Assembly: GCA_016906335.1 (NCBI GenBank)
Contig: JADEYG010000001.1
Span: 1,550,001-1,614,000, forward strand
DNA: 64,000 nucleotides
Source of the DNA: Novakomyces olei
Taxonomy: Eukaryota
Reading direction: 5' to 3'
Shown here: piece by piece, positions 12,601 through 24,800 of the stretch
Numbering within the stretch: the stretch's first letter is position 1
Layout of the letters: the number at the start of each line of letters is the position of its first letter
Notes under the pieces: model-generated
The model's database searches: none
The model's input: only the letters and a program-made list of their open reading frames with translations
What the model was told of the DNA's origin: nothing
Translations under genes and position numbers: made by a program

Positions 12601-13837
12601 CGTCGGCACAGGGTTCACATTCACTGATCAGGACGAGTGCACGAGCGGCAGGCTGCTTTTCTTCCGGCACCATTTGGACCAGCTCAAGCCAGATCAATCC
12701 TTATCAGATCACCCATCAAGCTCTGCATTGGAATTGGTGCATGCAGTGCAAATACGGGGAGCAGTTTATGCTGTTGATTGTACTCAAGACGTGCTCATGT
12801 GCGTTTATAATTCCACAATCGCCCGTTATGAATTGCCTTCAGACCGAGATCAGGATGATATTAGAGAGATTGCAGTAACCAAGACAGCAAGGGCGGCCAC
12901 TATTGTACTTTCCTTGCGTATTTTTAATGGGCATCTTGATCAAAGTACTAGTACTAGTACTAACCCTAACCCTAATACCAATATCAATACTAACCCTAAT
13001 ACCAGTGTCGATACAAACACTAGTGCTAGTGCTAGTGGTATTAGCCACAGGTATATAGTCATTGGAGACTTGATGAAATCAATCTCTGTATTTGACTTTG
13101 ATACACTCCAGCCTGTGGCGAGTGATGAGACTGGCGCTCTGTGGACAACTGCTGTTGGTGTATGGGAAAGGCAACTGCCTCGAGCCTCGTTTCTCGTGGC
13201 CGAGGCGGAGGGCAGTTTGGCTTTGCTAGAGACCGAGATTGCAGACAGTAATGAAGCGAATAGAGGCGGTGTATCTTGCGTTGGACGGTTCAAGTTTGGT
13301 GAGCTCGTAAACAAAATTGCACTAGCGCCCGTGGATGTTTCTGATGTCTCTGAGGGCACTGATGCTTATGATACGGAGAGGCCAATCACAGATGCCTCTG
13401 TTCTCGTAACCCCACACAGTCTGATGGCGACAGTGGACGGGAGTATTATCGCAGTGGGCAGAATCCGGGCAGACCATGTTGACCGGCTGATGCGTCTTCA
13501 GCGCAATATGGCGGCAATTGTTCATGGACCGGGTGGGACCAACTTGCTTTCGTACCGGGCAGTCAGTAACAGGAGTCTCGGTGGCAATGAAGGAAATGCT
13601 CTGGAGCCTTTCAGGTTTGTGGACGGTGACTTCCTTGAGCAGATGACTGATTACGATAAGCAACAGCTGCAGGATATTATTGATGGTCGTGTGGAGAACT
13701 ACAGATTGCCTCCCCGGCCAGTATCCTTGCCTGCTTCTGCCGTTGAAGGGGCGGGTAAAACCGTTGTCGATAAATTGCAGGGCGTTACACCGGAAATGGT
13801 ACAGCAATGGGTGGAAGAAATTGGCCGGATTCATTAG
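9648..13837 (+). CDS. ddb1: DNA damage-binding protein 1 (CUL4 adaptor; exons 9648-9742, 9784-11259, 11815-13837)
   Basis: N-terminus VATVHKASSV; LFVGSHFGDSQL; NLGPISDF; VTCSGAYANGSLRVVRHGVG; YIVVGT; IGDLMKSIS; FVDGDFLE near the C-terminus. Confidence 0.92.
11308..11752. repeat. (TTTGTCA)n 7-bp satellite, about 63 copies, inside DDB1 intron 2 (11260-11814)
   Basis: Near-perfect array bounded by a GTAAGT donor and a CTAACGTCAG acceptor. Confidence 0.97.
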
Positions 13838-14343
13838 ATTATATGAATTAATATTAATAAAGAGATGAACAGTGGATAAAGAGAAGATTGATAAATTAAT
13901 AAATTATGAATAAACTATAGAGAGTAGGAAATAAAAGACGTGAATTGGCATATCTTGTAAAGAATAAAAGTGAGTAGTCTAATACGAATACAATACGGAC
14001 CAAATATGGGGTAGAGAGTGAGGATTAAATCAATGGCAAAAGTTTCTAATTAAATTACAGAATACGACTGCGGATACAAGGCACAAAAGAAGCTATTGGG
14101 TGTTGTACCCGTCAATCAAATTGACCCAAAATATAGCACGTTTACATTTTGCTACTCTAATCGACCACTCTTGAATAGATCATAGACCAAATGAATTTTT
14201 CCAATCACATCTACCTCATCCACCATCCTTCCCAATTTTACTTGAAATGCTAATCTAACCATTAATACATAAAGCAATGCTCCCTGTTGCCGATGTGAAG
14301 CTGCAGTTCATACATTCAGCTCATACATTCAGCTCGACCGTCC

Positions 14344-16302
14344 CTACTTTGAAGAAGACTCGGACGCCTCCTGGCTCGTATCGAACGATCCCAACTCTAC
14401 AACGCTCCGCGATTTAGCCTCGTCCGCACTATTCTCCAAATCTTCATCAAACGAGTTCATGGAAATTGCAGACCCGCGAGCATCAGAAAGAGGCATTCCG
14501 AAATCTTGATCGTCTTTCGCTGAAAGCTGCTTTTGGGATTTTTCTTGAGGCGGTAAATGCCTAGCCAAAGCTTTCAACTCTGCAATTTTATCGTACCTGT
14601 CCTGTACAGGGTCGTAGTACCTTTGCCTTTTCAATATAACGCGCTCATACATACTCAGATGCTGAGGGTTCACGGCCACACCGTGGTACTCGCTCTCTTG
14701 GCCGCGTAAAACATGAAGCCAGTATCTCTCTTGCTCGTGTAGGTCAAGGCCCGTAGTGTCCGGGACAAAGACGACAGTCAGCAGGAATCCAGCGAGTCCG
14801 AACCAGCAAACAACCCAAAACTTGACTCGATCGTCCACGTAGTTGTAGAGGATTGCCGGCGCAAGAGCTCCCAATTTACCACAGGCAGCGGACAAGCCAT
14901 GGGCAGTTGCACGAATTGGTGCAGGATAGACTTCAGCAGCAAGCAGGAAAGTAGTAGCATTTGGTAATTGCCCCCAAAACGAAGAGAAAAAATATAAAAA
15001 TTGAAAGACATGAATAGGCGTCCCACGTTCCCGCAACTTGTCAAACAAGGCAGCTGAAATTATAAAGATTATAAAGACAGCGATAAAGCCAAGTCCTTGC
15101 ATACGTCGACGGCCGACGAATTTGTTGTCGATAATAAAGGCAGCTGTATAATACCCCGCCAGAGCACAGCCCACATTTACCAGATTCCATAGCCAATTGT
15201 CCACGACTGTACCATCGGGCGAAATAACACGGATAAAATTGCCCTGGAAGATTTTATTGCCGTAGAAGAAGAAATCATTGCAGAACCAGGCCATTGTAGT
15301 GGCCAACAGTCGATGCCAGTAATGAGAAAAGACGAGGCGCAAAGACCGTACATCGTACCCCGTCACTCCTTCCCGCTTTTTCGCTGCCTCTAGTTCAGTG
15401 TCTGAAGTCCTCTGGCGGAAAGCTCTGTGGTAAAGCATCCAAGCCGTAAGCAGGCCCATAATCCCAAACTGTACACGGAACGTTACTTGTCCCGTCAGAG
15501 GGGAATATGGTTCAGCGCCAGAGCCGTTATTGCAGATGGCTACCATAATTAAAAGCACTGCTTGATTAGCAAACTGGCCCCAGCCTTGCATCAGGAAGGA
15601 GAGGGCCACATTACGGCCACGGTGGAGACGCTGGTCAGCGTCGCCAACTCGGGACGATGATTTGCTCGTCTTTGGTGGGGCTTCAACAGAGCTGCAGCCC
15701 GTAAGAGGGTACTCGCCACCAGCGGCAAAGGCATAGATAAAGATGCTCCAGGCATAGCAGATAACCCACCCGTTCATTGTTGTCCCCCACATGGCAGTGA
15801 GCATGGCAGTGCCCACGAGAAAAATAGCAGCGTCCTGTACGAGACCCCATTTACGACCCACCCAGTCGCCAATAACGCCCACCGTGATTTGGCCAATCAT
15901 AATGCCCACTATTTCCAGGTAGTCAACTGCAGCAATCCATGTCGGGTCGCATGTTGTATGGTGCTCCCAGCAGTCGGGCCATATTGAAGCAAAAAGGCTC
16001 TTCAAGTTCCCCACAGAGAAAAGGATGTAACCCTCGACGAAGAGACCCAGGCCGGGTACGACATAGTTGCTAAAGTACGAGGCGATAGGCCGTAGCGGAT
16101 TGCGTCGGAACTCGGAGGCAATTGCACTCAGCTCGTTGCGTGCAATCGCGTTTGATTGCTGTCTTATAAAGCGAGACCGCTCCTTCCATGGCAGATCTGC
16201 CCAGTAGACAAAATCTTTATACGAATCGCTGGGATAAAGTTCTTTTGCCAGTGCCGGATCGACCACGGAATCGGCGTCTTGTTCTCTTGTAGAATGACCC
16301 AT
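14344..16302 (-). CDS. MFS proton:phosphate symporter-like transporter (Pho84/PHS-like), intronless
   Basis: About 12 TM segments; GDWVGRK, GGEYPL, FLMQGWGQ, WFCNDFFFYGN, PNATTFLLAAEVYPAPIRATAHGLSAACGKLGA. First ATG is at 16302; the ORF-track start is TTG. Confidence 0.85.
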   Translation of the reverse strand: MGHSTREQDADSVVDPALAKELYPSDSYKDFVYWADLPWKERSRFIRQQSNAIARNELSAIASEFRRNPLRPIASYFSNYVVPGLGLFVEGYILFSVGNLKSLFASIWPDCWEHHTTCDPTWIAAVDYLEIVGIMIGQITVGVIGDWVGRKWGLVQDAAIFLVGTAMLTAMWGTTMNGWVICYAWSIFIYAFAAGGEYPLTGCSSVEAPPKTSKSSSRVGDADQRLHRGRNVALSFLMQGWGQFANQAVLLIMVAICNNGSGAEPYSPLTGQVTFRVQFGIMGLLTAWMLYHRAFRQRTSDTELEAAKKREGVTGYDVRSLRLVFSHYWHRLLATTMAWFCNDFFFYGNKIFQGNFIRVISPDGTVVDNWLWNLVNVGCALAGYYTAAFIIDNKFVGRRRMQGLGFIAVFIIFIISAALFDKLRERGTPIHVFQFLYFFSSFWGQLPNATTFLLAAEVYPAPIRATAHGLSAACGKLGALAPAILYNYVDDRVKFWVVCWFGLAGFLLTVVFVPDTTGLDLHEQERYWLHVLRGQESEYHGVAVNPQHLSMYERVILKRQRYYDPVQDRYDKIAELKALARHLPPQEKSQKQLSAKDDQDFGMPLSDARGSAISMNSFDEDLENSADEAKSRSVVELGSFDTSQEASESSSK

Positions 16303-17337
16303 TCCCTGGACTTTTTGTACCAGGAACGAGCTCTGGTTTGCGGGAAAGGTAAAGGGAGAAAGTATATAGTTATCAGGAGAGAAAACGATCAAAGGGATAA
16401 GAGTGCCGCTCCTTCACCGTGTCGCCCTATACTCGTGTGCTCGTTTGCTCACACGATGGGAGTTTTCTTTATTTTCTTTATTTTCTATACTATAATTTCT
16501 TTGCTCAGGGTTTTCATGGTACACAGCCTGATTAGCCTAATGTGGAGCGGAAAATTTCTCATTTGCATATTGATCACGACTCTTTTACACTATAAAGGGT
16601 CCCGTGGGTATTTTGGGTTACGTATAGGTGAAAGTAAGTATTGACTTGTGTATGACAAAACAGACTTTTCATGGCCAGTGCCAAGCTAATTTAAGATTAC
16701 TTGCTGATCCGGTGGGCATTCAGGTATTCCAAGATAAAGTCGTAGAAATAAAGGGGATCAGACGATATCAATTTTATCAATTTTTAGAGTAGCAAGTCGC
16801 TCGCGTGACAAATTGTTGTACATTATATGGAAAGCTACTTGCGACAATTTGGTTGACCCGTGTAAAATATATACAAAATTACGGGCTCATGACTCTATGC
16901 TCGACAAAAGACTACTTCATACTGTGAATAGTACACAAATGATGGTTTAAGCAGCTCAACTTCTTCTTTTTTCTTTATCACTTCAAGCCAGAAAATGGCG
17001 TTCCGTGCTTGAATAAAATGCTTGTGGCCCTTTCGACCTTGAATGCTTACACTTCAGTCCACTTGAATAGCTTCAGTTTTACGCCTGCTACTGTAAGCTT
17101 TACCGTCAAAGTAGCAGCAGCATTACTGTAGACAATAAGACTGTTATTTAGCAAACTGTACTTTGACACCACTGCCTAGCATTGTTAGGCACCTTGTATG
17201 GTGCCCCGTCATTTTATACAGAAAAACCGCGACACTGAAGAATCATCATGTGACTGTCAACTTGTCAAAAGTCTGGTAATGGCTAAGCATTTCTTCGGGA
17301 CAATATACGTGCCGAACGATGCCAGACCGAGACCCTC

Positions 17338-17357
17338 CCTCGGCTTATATTGCGGGG
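17338..17357 (+). promoter_or_regulatory. Adjacent CCTCGG (FarA/Ctf1/Por1-type) and GCGGGG (CreA/Mig1-type) sites
   Basis: CCTCGG-CTTATATT-GCGGGG about 150 bp upstream of the acyl-CoA oxidase ATG. Confidence 0.5.
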
Positions 17358-17497
17358 AAGCAGTTGTTGCTTGCGCGCATGTGATTGGATTAGAAAATAA
17401 AGTAATAAATAAATAAATATATGGAGACGTCTCCGGAATACGGCACTAGACAGTCGCGTTAATTACGGGCCATCTTTTTGCTTGCGTACGGCAAATA

Positions 17498-19860
17498 ATG
17501 ACTCTACCCGATCTGCCGGTGCAAGACACGGGCGCTATACTGCAGCATGAACGCTCGCGCTCAACCTTCCGTGCTCCGGATCTTACACGCCATATCTACG
17601 GGGACCGATTTTTGGAGGTAAAAAGGAACATTTTGGAGACTATGGAACGCGATCCAGCTCTCAGCAAGGCTCACAAATATAATCTGGGCAGAGTAGAGGC
17701 GTTCAAACGGGCGCTTGTTAGCTCTAAACGGCTGACTCAGCTTGCCAAAGACGAAAACTGGTCAATTGAAGAGTAAGTAGTATAGCACCAACCTGAAAAG
17801 CCAGCAAGCTTTTGTTTCCCTACAAGTCCTAACGCTGTAGAATTGCCACGGCGGACTGGATGTACGATGAACCGGGGCCTTATGGGCTTCACAAGAGCAT
17901 GTATCTCATAACGCTGGCAAACCAGACTACAGCTGCTCAAAAGGAAGCCTTCTTTCTACCGGCCCTTGCTTACAAGCATATTGGATGCTATGCTCAAACG
18001 GAACTGGGCCACGGATCAAACGTTCAAGGACTGGAGACTCTGGCCACGTATGACCACGCTCGTCGTGAATTTGATATCCACTCGCCAACATTGACGAGCG
18101 CCAAGTGGTGGATCGGTTCACTCGGCCGTACTGCTAATCATGCGATCGTAATGGCTCAGCTAGTGATTGACGGGAAACGGCACGGGCCTCACCCTTTTGT
18201 CGTCAATATCAGGGACGTCAAGACTCATAAACGTACCCCCTACCCCCTCTTTTTTTATTATTTCTTATTATTTTTTAATTATTTTTTAGTTTTTTTTTTG
18301 GTTTTTTTTTTTTTTAATTTTTTTGTTTTTGCTAGATCCAAGTACTAATTCCAGCTCTTCCCGGAATTACAGTGGGCGATATTGGACCCAAAGCAGGCTA
18401 CAATACGATGGACAATGGGTACCTTTTACTGGATCATGTGCGTGTCCCGCACTTCAATATGCTGGCAAAGTATTCGAGCATTAATGAAAACGGAGTCTAC
18501 CAAAGACCTCCTCAGGCAAAACTGGCCTATGGAACGCTGACATGGGTGCGTTCTACTATTGTTATGGAAGCACGGTTGACGGTTGCCCGGTCTGCCACTG
18601 TTGCTCTTCGTTATACTGCTATTAGGCGACAATTCACGGACCGTGAGCAAGCAGGTAATAGCACGGGCGAAACGCCTACTCTTGATTATACCATGGTCCA
18701 GTACCGGCTGCTGCCTATAATGGCACAGGCATTCGCCATGCATTATACGGGTTCTTTAATGGGGATCCTGTACTCTGCGAATAAAAAGCAGATGAAGTCT
18801 GGCAATTTTGATCTTCTTGCTGATTTGCACGCCTCTTCTAGTGGACTTAAATCCTTATGTACAACGTAAGTGGAGGAATACGTTATCAGGACTGAAGTTT
18901 TTTTTATTACGAAAATAATTTAAGCCTGCTTCGTCGTCTTATCTCACTAACTCATGTACAGTATGGCTTCAGATGCTATAGAAACGTGCCGACGTGCTAT
19001 GGGCGGCCACGGATTCAGCATGTACAGCGGGCTTGCACACTTGTACCAAAACTACTGTATGGTTATTGATAGCTTTTCAATGCTAACTGTCAGTGCCTAA
19101 TGTTACTTGGGAAGGAGACAACTATATGCTCACTCAGCAAGTCGCACGCTACTTGCTCAAAACGGCTCGGGCTGTGAAAAATGGAGAGGCTTCGGCGGGA
19201 ACGGCTAATCCTACGATTGGCTATCTCAAAGACTACATTTCCAACCCGGAATTCAAGGCTTCCGGCAATTTGCGGGACGAGAAAACCCTATTGCATTTGT
19301 TTGGGCATCGGGCGGCATTTATGGTCTTGCAAGTAGAACGTGAACGCGATGTGGACAAGGCTACATGGAATTCACTGCTTGTTGATTTCTACAATTTATC
19401 AGTTGCGCATTGCCAGTACGTTATGGTACAGGCATTTGCTCAGGGCTTGGAGCGTGCTTCGTCTCGTGTAGAGCCTGAAACTCTGCAAGTTTTGCGCAAA
19501 CTATTTTGTCTATTTTGCCTTCATACACTGGAGAACAAGAGCGCCGAATTCCTCTACTCGGGCTGCGTTGATGGAGAGCTGGTGTTCCAAGTCAAGAGGC
19601 AAGTAATGTCGCTCCTGGAAGAATTGCGCCCCGAGGCAATTGCACTCACCGATGCTTGGGATATTCCTGATTACGTACTACAATCGAGTCTTGGTCGATC
19701 TGATGGCAAAGTGTACCAGGATATGTTTGAGCGTGCTGCCGGTAATCCGCTCAACGCGGTTGATTTCAACGTCGACTACCGCGACCCACAGATTGTCATG
19801 GGGGAAGAGCCTAGTGAGCATCTGCGGGCCATTTTGTCACACAGTAAATCTAAACTATAG
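17498..19860 (+). CDS. POX1: Peroxisomal acyl-CoA oxidase (exons 17498-17772, 17841-18232, 18355-18865, 18962-19056, 19094-19860)
   Basis: GCYAQTELGHGSNV, KWWIG, GITVGDIGPK, CRRAMGGHG, TWEGDN (catalytic E) and C-terminal PTS1 SKL. Confidence 0.95.
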
Positions 19861-20060
19861 AGAATGTGCAAAGAATCAATATGGAGTGTAGTAATATGAA
19901 TATGTGAAGCAGTGCGTTTCCAGCGACTCAATTCTAAACAAAGTCCTAATTGGGAACACATTTATACATTATTATTTCAAACATAATATATATATATATA
20001 TATTCTATAAAATCAGGTCTTGTCCAATTCAATCGTCTTTAATGGTTGAATTGAATTAGA

Positions 20061-20133
20061 GGTCGGGTGGCGCAATTGGTAGCGCGCGAGACTACGAATC
20101 TCGAGGTTGAGGGTTCGAGCCCCTTCTCGATCG
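20061..20133 (+). tRNA. tRNA-Arg(ACG), intronless
   Basis: Cloverleaf: acceptor GGTCGGG/CTCGATC, D-stem GCGC/GCGC, anticodon arm CGAGA-CTACGAA-TCTCG, T-arm GAGGG-TTCGAGC-CCCTT. An oligo-T Pol III terminator follows. Confidence 0.95.
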
Positions 20134-21870
20134 GCCTTTTTTTTTTTCTTTAATAGAGCTTTGCGTTTTGCCCAAGTCTGTCTGTCTTATTAGCTGCAAA
20201 GTCACCTTTTTATCATATTTTTTTTTCACTGTCCGTATGCAATTGCGACATATGTGGATCATCCTTCCGGGTCAATAAAAGCGGTTGCCCAACGTACCAA
20301 ACAAGAACATGCTTTTACAATTAACTTATTTTCTATCATGTGAGCGTTCTGCCGTATCATGTGGATACTACGTGACTAGTTTAACATTAAGAACCAAGTA
20401 GAACATGTACAAACATGTACACGACATGTGGGTGTTTTAACAAGCGCGTGCGGATGGAGCGTGTGCACAATAGCTCGGCCGCCTGATACAAATCAAATGA
20501 GCGCCACTGTATAAATATCAATTCAATACACTTTGGTGGAAGCGTTAAACATCTTTGAAATATGACTCAAAACTGCAACACGTCAATTTATCTAGATTTT
20601 TTGGCTAAACACGCCGGCTTTAATTGATGTCTCTGCATGTTTCTCAGCTATATACAATATTATGGTAGGCGATCGCACAGAAAAGCTTCTACCACGTTTC
20701 CCCTTGAAAGAGAACCTTGAAAGAAATACCATACTCTAAAATCGCCATGTTCAGGGTTTTCTCATCATATTTACTGTGTATAGTGCGCGTAGGAAGCGTT
20801 CGTGAGGTATAGTGGCGCACTGCTATCCTGCTACGCTGGCGTCCCAGGGCAGCCGGTTTTTAGTATTGTTTGCCATTGGCAGTAGTGCAAGGAATACAGC
20901 TCGAGAGAGTCTGACTGCATTATAGTTTATGTCTTTGGTTGGATTGCAATCGGGTTCCAAAAATGGCTCAAGTAGCCGACACTTTGAATAATATAGGATG
21001 TATTGCACTACGAATTGCAGTTAAAATTCAATATAAATCCGAGAGTAGTACACGTTTGCAATTGCAATTGCAATCGCAATTGGACCTTGAAAAAAGAAAC
21101 AAAAGCGATTTCCAAAAACCCCAATATTAGGACAGCCATGCAGCCAGTCACGCACAAGCAACTCCACGCTAATCCCAGTATTGGACGGGAAACTCGTTCT
21201 TCCACCACAACAGCCGCCGTGTGATCGGCAAAGTGCTATATATAGACTAATCGCCAAAATACCCAGAAAACAACGAGTAAATAAATAAACCGCCAACTTT
21301 TGGCGTGAAAATAAAAGGTCAAGCAAGCTGCGCCAAAAGATTCTTTTTCAAAGTATAATTAATGTATAGGAAATAATACGCAAGTAAGACAGTCCACAGA
21401 CAATTAATTATTATCTGAGATTAAAGAAGACAAAATCGACGAGACGAGGAGGCAAAAGGACGAAGAGTGTCTTGTACGAGTACATGCAGGGATCCCTTAA
21501 TTTGTCTACGCGTCTGTAAAGTCTCTATTCCCGTATCTCTTTCCATATAGCAATTACGATCTGCTGGATAGGCGTTTGGACTGACTGGGGACTCGTGGAT
21601 CGGTCAGGAGCAGTTACCTTTTGATCAAATTAGCAACGAAAATTAGGGTAAACACGTCCATTGTGGCAGGGCAAGGGGCTTGAAGCAGCAAAGACTCTAA
21701 CTCGCACGTGTACTATTGCTTTAAAGCTGCGCATACTTTTCAGTTCATCGACCCTCTTGATCACCCACCCGTATTTACCATCCTCCGAGTCTGAGCAAAG
21801 TCCCGTCCCGAGAGCATCGGACGCCAAGTCAGCACCCAAAAACGCGCGAGCGCGTCCCACTCTTGACGCG

Positions 21871-24800
21871 ATGGCACGTGCACACTCGCCAACGCGGTCA
21901 CGTGGGGATAGTGGGCTTCACTCTGCCATAGTAGACACTGTCGACCGGGCTGAGGAGGCAGACGAGAGTGATAACCGCAGCATCAGCAGCAATTCGGGCA
22001 CGCTAGAAGATTTACGCGTACACGACTCGGAGGGAGTTGCCTCGTCACCGCTTACAAAGCCAAGTAAAAGCAGTGAGACCAATGGCAACGGGGACTTGAG
22101 CAAGGACGATAGTCCTTTACAGCCTTGTGCAAACGGCACTTATCCGGCCGATTCTAGGGCCGACGGCAAATCTGCAAAACAAAGCACGAAAACGGCAGCA
22201 CTGCGTAACACTAAAGACACGACAAAGTCACGTGCGCCATCGAGACTGACTCCTGGAGCGTATGAGAAGTCACGTGGCCCTTACGCGTCGACTCGCAATG
22301 GGAGCCGTGTTGCGAGTGCCGCCTCGTCGCTTGGCTCGTCTGCTTTTGAAACGCCTCCGCCAGCTGGCCGACGGTCCGGCTCAAAATCCCAAAACAGCCA
22401 TCACAGTAATCATCAGCATCCTCATCATCTTCATCATCTTCATCATCAACAGCAGCATTATACATCAGCCAACAATTCCCATGTTAATACCACTTCTCAG
22501 CACCATCACTCGCGGGCGAGAAACGCTCCGCCGAGTCCATTACTTGTTCAAACACCTTCGTCACTACAGTCACCCGGTCTGGACTTGAAGTACATCAGCT
22601 CTGGTGGGGGTCACCCGCTTTTGCCCACGGGTCTGCTTATGGGAAGCCCTTTCACGCCAGGATCGCCTTCTGCTTTTACTACTCCTTCCTTCCACTCACT
22701 CACTCCTCTCCATACCGCTGGCCACTCGCCGAGTATTGGATTTCTGCCGTTTACTGCTAATTCATCAGCCGCTGCCGCAGCAGCAGCAGCAGCAGCAGCG
22801 GCAGCAGCGGCAGCAGCTTCAGCTGCTCACAACCATCACTATGCGCTTCATCCACTAAGCAATAACAATAACAATAACAATAACAATAACAATAATAATC
22901 ATTCGTTAGGAAACTCGTCTTTTTCTCAGCGACTAGCATCACGCTCTCTCAATTTTCACACAGGCGGAAAGAGTGGGGGTAGCGGGTCAGCAGGCTCTAG
23001 CAAGGAGAAGAGTGCGTCTGGAAATACTACGAGTGCCGATATTCTGCGGTCAGTTTCACGGTCAAGTGGGGGAACAGGCGGAAGCAGTAGCAGCAACAAC
23101 AATAGCGGTTTTAGTAATAATAACAGCAACAGCAATCTAGGCGTGGCCGCCAGTACGGCGGCAACGGATACATCAGCAGCGGGTGAGAACAACGGGATAG
23201 TGAAACCAACGTCTGCCATGAACTCTTCGTCTTTGCTTCCAAGGACGGTTTACCTCGGCAATATGACGGCTAATCTGAGCTGGGAAGAAGTGTTTAATGC
23301 TATTCGCTACGGGCCCATTGAATCGGCCAAGCATTTACCGGAAAAGTCTTGTGTTTTTATTACGTTTGTGGACTCACAGGCAGCGAATGCCTTCTTCCAG
23401 GAGGCCTCAACACGCAAAATCGTGATACAAGGCAACGAGATCAAAATCGGCTGGGGCCGGTCTGCCGGGACAAAGCCTACAGGCCCCGTGCAAAAGGCCA
23501 TGCAGGCGCATAATGCTACCCGCAATGTATACATTGGCGCCCTGCCTGACGATGTAACCCTGGAAAAGTTGCAGCAGGTTATGGGGCAGTATGGCAGTAT
23601 TGACAAGATCAATATCGTCCGGGACAAGAGGATCGCGTTTGTTCATTATACGAGTATTGCAATGGCCGTAAAGGCCGTAGAAGCAATGCACGCTGACCCG
23701 GACTGGTCCGAGTCTTGGGTCAGTTATGGTCGGGATCGATGTGCAAAGCAGCAGCAATCGCAAAACCAGCAGCAGCAGCAAAATCAGCAGCAGCAATCTC
23801 GGAATAAATCGGGACCAGACTCGAGAATTTTTTCGCCAACAAGCGCGCAATCGCCTTTTCCAATCGACCAGTTCTTCCAAGGCGGCAGTCATATGGCTGA
23901 CAATAATAATGCAGCGGCAGCAGCAGCTGCTGCTGCTGCTCAGTTGGCTGCTTTTGCCCGATTTGCCCCGATGTACCAGCAGCAAATCCCGACAAATTCA
24001 CAAATGCTGTACGATTTTTACAGCCGGTTTGACCCGAATGCTACGCACGATAACCGTACCATCTACCTGGGAAATGTTCATCCGGAAACAACGCTGGAAG
24101 AAATCTGTAACGTTGTTCGTGGAGGCATTTTACAGCTGATTCGTTACTTGACAGACCGGCATATTGCTTTTATTACGTTTATTAATCCCTCAGACGCTCT
24201 ATCATTTTACCAGCTGGCGACTGTAAACGGGGTAATGATCCATAATCGCCGACTCAAGGTCGGCTGGGGCAAGAACCCGGGCGCTCTATCTCCGGCACTA
24301 CAGGCTGCAGTAGCTAATGGAGCTACTCGCAATATCTATGTGGGCAATGTGGACGAATCTATCACGGAGGACTGGCTACGTGACCTGTTTTCACAGTTTG
24401 GAGAGATTGAACTCGTCAATACTCTGCGGGAAAAGTCTTGTGCTTTTATTAATTTTACAAATATTGCAAACGCTATAAAGGCCCTCGACGGAGCCAGGTC
24501 GCTGGAGGAATGTGCTGCTCTAAAGATAAATTACGGTAAAGACCGGTGCGGCAATCCTCCACGCGTTCCCCTGCAGAGTAATCCTGCAGCAATGAGCAGC
24601 AATAATAATAATAATAATTTTAATCCTAATGGTACAAGTGGCATTACTGCCTCGCCTTTACTGCACGGGCACATGAGTAATAGTCCTGCTGGCGGATCGG
24701 GCGGAGGTGGACCTGTCGAGTTTGCTCCACAGGGTATTCCCTATCAGCATTACATGGGATTTCCGCCTTTTATACCCACGACTCTAGTGGACCCGGTTAC

